A DNA stretch of 64,000 bases from assembly GCA_965198235.1 (NCBI GenBank), contig OZ240248.1:2176001-2240000 (forward strand), written 5' to 3'. Of this stretch, positions 59,317 through 64,000 are shown one piece after another. How positions within the stretch are numbered: position 1 is the stretch's first letter; every line of letters begins with the position of its first letter. The position numbers and the translations under genes were made by a program. Under the pieces are notes generated by a model that had not been told where the DNA came from, did no database searches, and saw only the letters and a list, made by a program, of their open reading frames with translations. This DNA is from Candidatus Poribacteria bacterium (GTDB lineage Bacteria; Poribacteria; WGA-4E; WGA-3G).

Positions 59317-60959
59317 CTATGGGTTGGTTTTTAGAATTTCTGAGCGAATTCTCAGAATATAGGGGTGTTTAGGGGCTTGGGCAAAAGCAGTTCCAATTTC
59401 ACGGCGTGCATCGGGAATGCGGTTGAGACGGTAATAGACGAAAGCAAGTGTGGCACGATGTATCGGTTGATTGTCGCTTTTAACGGCGATCTCGGCAAGG
59501 GTAAGTGCCTCGGTAAGTGCTCTGTTTTCCGTGGCAAGTAGGGATGCTAATGCCTCTTTCGGAAATGGAACATCTGGCGCGAGTTGAATGGCTCGACGGA
59601 AATCGGTTTCTGCCATGCTGGATTCATTCTGTTTTTGGTAAATCTTTCCACGCCACAAATACCCTGGTGCCCATGTCGGTTCGTGTTGTATCCCCATTGT
59701 AAGCGCGTTTGCGGAAGCTTGTAAGTCTCCCGCTCTCTCGTGCAAGTTTGCGAGTTGAACGTAGGTATCCATAAAATCCGGTTCATGTTGGATAAGCGCG
59801 AGATAATGTGAAACCGCTGCCGTTTGGTTTCCGAGTTTGGCTTCTATCATACCGAGATGCAGAAGTGCCTGACGTGAATTATGCTCTATTGTGAGCACCC
59901 GTTGATACGATTGCTTTGCGTCTGCTAATTTTCCGAGTTGCATCTGAACATAGGCGCAGTCTTTCAACACAGGAATAAAAGTTTCATCTGCTTCAAATGC
60001 CTTTTGTAAGGGTGTTAAAGCATTCTGTGGCTGTCCTTTTTCAATGAACCAATGTGCTTGACGGCGGTAGCGTTCCGCCAGCGTGCGGCGATAACGCGCT
60101 TCGGCAACTTCGGCTTCTCCCTTGTTCCCTATATTACGGAGAACATCTGCGAGTGATTTGTGGAAAATAGGTTCGTCTGGGGCATGTCGGATGCACGTTC
60201 ATAGAAGCGTTGGGCGATGGCGAGTTGACCACGCCTTGCCCTAACCTCACCGCGTCCGAAAGCGGCACTTGCGAGCGTCCCGTCTTGGGTGAGTGCTTCC
60301 CGGAATACGGCATCTGCTTCGTCGATGCGGTCGAGTTTGAGAAGAACGTGTCCAAGGTTATTGTAGGCAGCGATCGTCTCTGGATGTAGTTGCACGGCGA
60401 CGATATAGTATCTGCGTGCCTGCTCTAAGTTTCCACGCTCGGTTTCAATCTGTCCCAAAGCGACATACCACGCCACTGGGGCATCTTCGCCTGCACCTTT
60501 GACGGCTTTTTGGAACCACGTGTCTGCTTCGTCAAGTTGTTTATTGCGATGATATACAGCAGCGAGTTTGGCTTGCACCGTAACCTGTAGGCGATATCTT
60601 GTAATATTGCCTTGGGGTTGTGTTGTGAGGAGTTGCAAGGCACGTTGGAAAGCAGTAATAGCGGTGGGATAGTCCTTCAGTTTTGCGGCGGCATCTCCCT
60701 CACCGATGTAGACAATCGGGAATTCGGGTGCCTTTTTGGCGAGGGCTTGATATAAACGGAGTGCCTCGTGCCACTCCTCCGCTTGAAACGCATGCTGTGC
60801 ATCTTTCAACTGCTTCTGGAACGCTTTCGGATAGTCCGTTATATCGTCTCCAGATGCCAACGCAGCGAGTATAAACAGAAGCGGGACGATGACAAAATAT
60901 CCCCATCCCACCCTGTTCTGTCTACCTGTAGCACGTCTTCGGAGCTGATTATACCGCAT
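59317..60959 (-). CDS. TPR-repeat protein with a 1 bp frameshift near 60192
   Basis: Two TPR ORFs join as YERAIRHAPDEPIFHKSLADVL if one A is added. Confidence 0.8.
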
Positions 60960-60963
60960 CCGT

Positions 60964-61938
60964 TTACTTCACCTCGCTCTCCTCTTGTGCAAGTTCATCA
61001 TCTAAAATATGCCAAGTTTCCTCTGCTTTCCGTTTGGTTAACCATGCTTCAAACTGTTCGTTTGCCAATTCCTGCCGAATCCGCTCTGTGATCTCCTCAT
61101 TGACTTTTTTATACGTTTTTGGGTACGCCGAATTATTCCGGATGCGTTCGACGATCTGGTATCCATTTGAAACGCGGAGCGGCGTGCTCCGTTCAGAAAC
61201 TTGTAATTCAGTTACAATAGCCCCCAAGAGTGTGTCTACTTCAAGCGTTGGGACCTCGAACCTGAGTTCTAACTGTGTTTCATAAGTGTCACGTACTGCC
61301 TGAAATGTTTCACCTTGCTGTAAACGTTCATTGAGTTTTTGCACCAGTGCCTCGGCAGTTTGCTTTTCTGCGGCGGATCCATTCTTTGGCATGATAATGA
61401 GTAATGATTTGAAGGTGACTGTGGGTGGCACAATAAACTCGGTGCTGTTTGCATCGTAATACGACTTGGCTAACCTCGCGACCTTTTCGCTGTTGATGGC
61501 GTTGAAAAATATGCGGCGGAAGAATTCATCGTAAATTAACTGGTCGTAGACCCGTGCTTCTATTGCCTCTTTTTCCAATTGGGATTGCTGCAAAACGCTT
61601 TGGAACGCTGTCTCCGAAGTATATTTGGCAGAAATTTCTGTTATCTTTGCGGCTACCTGTGAATCACGCTCGGTTACGACAATACCGAGTCGTTCAGCTT
61701 CTTGTAAGCCGAATTTGCGGTTGATAATGGTATTGAGTGCCGCGCGTTTCTCGGCGACGGTCGGTGGCATACCGGTGCGTGTCCCCAAGAAGACTGTAGC
61801 GATACGAAATTCATCTTCGAGTTCGCTGCGTGTGATAGCATCTTCGTTAACGACCGCGATGATAGAATCAATAAGCGTTTGGGCGGACGCGTTACCACCG
61901 ATACAGAATAGGATCAGAAAGGTAATGTAGCGAATCAT
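60964..61938 (-). CDS. SurA-like periplasmic chaperone/PPIase
   Basis: Signal peptide, IDSIIAVVNEDAITRSE SurA N-terminus, rotamase-like C-terminal half. Confidence 0.8.
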   Translation of the reverse strand: MIRYITFLILFCIGGNASAQTLIDSIIAVVNEDAITRSELEDEFRIATVFLGTRTGMPPTVAEKRAALNTIINRKFGLQEAERLGIVVTERDSQVAAKITEISAKYTSETAFQSVLQQSQLEKEAIEARVYDQLIYDEFFRRIFFNAINSEKVARLAKSYYDANSTEFIVPPTVTFKSLLIIMPKNGSAAEKQTAEALVQKLNERLQQGETFQAVRDTYETQLELRFEVPTLEVDTLLGAIVTELQVSERSTPLRVSNGYQIVERIRNNSAYPKTYKKVNEEITERIRQELANEQFEAWLTKRKAEETWHILDDELAQEESEVK

Positions 61939-61939
61939 A

Positions 61940-63112
61940 TTACTGCGGATTCCTCGGCGTTAGCCACTCCTCTTCAATGTGCAAACCGAGTCCGGGACCG
62001 TCATTTGGAGAGATGTAGCTATCCGTTGGGAGAGACTCACCTTCAAATAGTTTCGTTTCCTCTAACGGGACACCGGGTGCGGTGCCGAGGTAGTATTCTA
62101 CCCAAGGCGTGTTCGGCATAGCAGCGGAAAGATGGAGTCCGGATTGCCGGAGTCCGCCGCCATGGAAAATTACAGTGAGTCCGGCGGCATCTGCGAGGTG
62201 GCAAATTTTGACGCATTCGGTTATCCCACCTACCCAGAAGGTATCGGGTTGCAGAATATCCAAGCACCGTTTTTCGATAATCTGTTGAAATGGGAAACGG
62301 GTGTAGTGGTGTTCGCCACTTGCTAAACTTACCCAATCGACAGCCTCTCTAACTTTTACTAAGCCGTCAATATCTTCTGGAATGAGAAACTCCTCAATCC
62401 ACTTGAGGCGATACGGACGGAGACGGTGTGCTAAGCGGATGGTGTAATCGACATCGAAAGCCATGTAGCAATCGAGCATAATTTCAACGTCGTCACCGAC
62501 CGTCTCTCTGGTTTTCGCCACCAGTTTCTCGTTTTCTTTCAAGCCCCATTCGCCGTCAACAGGACCATAGGGACACGCCAATTTCACCGCTTTGAATCCG
62601 AGTTCCAACTGCCAATCGGTATCGTTGCCTGTGGCGTAAGCAAACATCTTTTCACGCAACGGTCCGCCAAGCAGTTCATAGACGGGTTGGTTCTTAATTT
62701 TCCCGTTCAGATCCCACAGGGCGATGTCGACGCCGCTCATCGCGCAACTGGTTAAGCCTTGTGAACCGTAAGGTTTGGACATACGAAACATCATATCCCA
62801 AATCTTCTCAACGGCGAAGCAATTTTCACCGATCAGCATCGGTGCGAAGTGTTCATCAATAATCGCGGCGACGGGTGTGCCGAAAGAAGTTTCCCCTATG
62901 CCCCAAGTGCCGTCTTCAGCGGTAACTTTGACGTAGACCTGATCCCACGTCTTCGGCATCCAACTGGAACGGTGGCGTTTATATTGTGGATAGCGCGACA
63001 TCGGGTTCGCAACTTCAGCATGGGCACTCCACGGCTCACGGCGGGGTTCCGTGCGTTTGATGTCGCGTTGTGGCACATTGATTCGGACTGTCTGTATGTC
63101 TTTGATTTTCAT
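61940..63112 (-). CDS. L-rhamnonate dehydratase-like enolase-superfamily enzyme
   Basis: VANPMSRYP, SGVDIALWDL, YATG, DCYM, WIEE, SGEH, QPD. Confidence 0.85.
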   Translation of the reverse strand: MKIKDIQTVRINVPQRDIKRTEPRREPWSAHAEVANPMSRYPQYKRHRSSWMPKTWDQVYVKVTAEDGTWGIGETSFGTPVAAIIDEHFAPMLIGENCFAVEKIWDMMFRMSKPYGSQGLTSCAMSGVDIALWDLNGKIKNQPVYELLGGPLREKMFAYATGNDTDWQLELGFKAVKLACPYGPVDGEWGLKENEKLVAKTRETVGDDVEIMLDCYMAFDVDYTIRLAHRLRPYRLKWIEEFLIPEDIDGLVKVREAVDWVSLASGEHHYTRFPFQQIIEKRCLDILQPDTFWVGGITECVKICHLADAAGLTVIFHGGGLRQSGLHLSAAMPNTPWVEYYLGTAPGVPLEETKLFEGESLPTDSYISPNDGPGLGLHIEEEWLTPRNPQ

Positions 63113-63302
63113 CGTCTCGCTCCGTTCAAGGTTTGTCGCATGATACCACAATTCGGTGTTTAATTCAAGGAGTTTTGGGAACAATCTCGTTCATTTCACT
63201 TTCAGTGTTTTGTTTGACATCTGCTCGCCGAATATGTTATTATTACCCTTAATTGACAGACATTATGGAGAAGAAAAATGGCGCAAGAACTGAATCTCGG
63301 CT

Positions 63303-63998
63303 TTATTCCGTCAGTTCTATCAAGCCACAACCGATTTTGGCACCGCCTCCCGGTTGGATTGGGGGTGTCCTCATCTGCGTGTTGGCATGGGAGTGCGGCG
63401 GTGTCCCCGGTGGGTGGAAATGCGGTTGGACCGTTTCCATGTTCATGTCCATCTGCGTGTTCATGTGTTGCGCGTGCGGGTTGGTTAGGAAGGTGTCACC
63501 CGTTTCGTGAACCATAATCAGTTTGCCGAGGATGTCGGTGTTTGGATCTCCACCGAGAGACCAGAACGGTGTCTTAAATTCCAGAATACCCGTGCCATCC
63601 TCGCTGACCGAGATGTTGCCGACTTCGCCTACGCCAATAGGAAGTGTATTGAGTGTCGCTTGGACGACAGGTATACCCGGTGTACCGATTGGAACCTCCA
63701 TCGGATGCCAATGTGGTCCTATGTCGATGCAACTGCTACCGGTATGGAGGTGCATAGCGTGTAGACCCGGTGTCGCGTTCTGGATCTCAATTATGACGTG
63801 AATCCCTTCGTTTACTTCGGTGAAAGTGGCAGTGCCAGTTAGACCGCTTCCGTCCATTTCAGAGATAGTGGCGACTGCTACTTTGTCAACAGGTTCCACA
63901 GTGATCATCTGTGTTGGAATCTTTTCACAACCCACTATAAGACATATCGCCATAATAAGGGTTATTAACACTACGTAGGCGTAGGACCTGATATTCAT
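63303..63998 (-). CDS. Cu/Zn superoxide dismutase-like lipoprotein with a His/Met-rich insertion
   Basis: IVGC lipobox, GLHAMHLH, GPHWHP, IMVHE, GAKIGCG; start lies at the window edge. Confidence 0.75.
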   Translation of the reverse strand: MNIRSYAYVVLITLIMAICLIVGCEKIPTQMITVEPVDKVAVATISEMDGSGLTGTATFTEVNEGIHVIIEIQNATPGLHAMHLHTGSSCIDIGPHWHPMEVPIGTPGIPVVQATLNTLPIGVGEVGNISVSEDGTGILEFKTPFWSLGGDPNTDILGKLIMVHETGDTFLTNPHAQHMNTQMDMNMETVQPHFHPPGTPPHSHANTQMRTPPIQPGGGAKIGCGLIELTE

Positions 63999-64000
63999 GA

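Overview
Bacterial chromosomal window of moderate GC with an AT-rich island at about 17-27 kb. The gene content (three phytanoyl-CoA dioxygenase-family genes, two sulfatases, sugar-acid catabolism, HEAT/TPR repeat proteins, many toxin-antitoxin remnants) is reminiscent of Candidatus Poribacteria; this is inference, not tested. Core genes include tRNA-Pro(CGG), recO, a fused glyQ-glyS, a SurA-like PPIase and glycerate kinase. Main highlights: (1) a dispersed, modular hairpin repeat family with covarying stems, mostly ending in GACCGAACCGCAAGGAAAATTAAAAA, that sits directly on start codons and is inserted in-frame in an ArnT-like gene, plus a GTAG-type REP translated in the GlyQ-GlyS linker; (2) a TonB-dependent receptor / T9SS-CTD-like protein / PorV-like barrel triad split by a 6 kb accessory insertion; (3) a radical SAM protein whose apparent TGA stop is very likely selenocysteine (C-U-A-E-P tail); (4) a REP-flanked defence-like island (two unknown genes plus restriction-modification) hit by an IS5, followed by an IS3 nested in another IS inside an HNH-like gene; (5) two paralogous Met/Asp-rich lipoproteins, one a cytochrome P460-like protein, with homologous structured 5' leaders. 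All family assignments come from motif recognition by eye; no searches were run.
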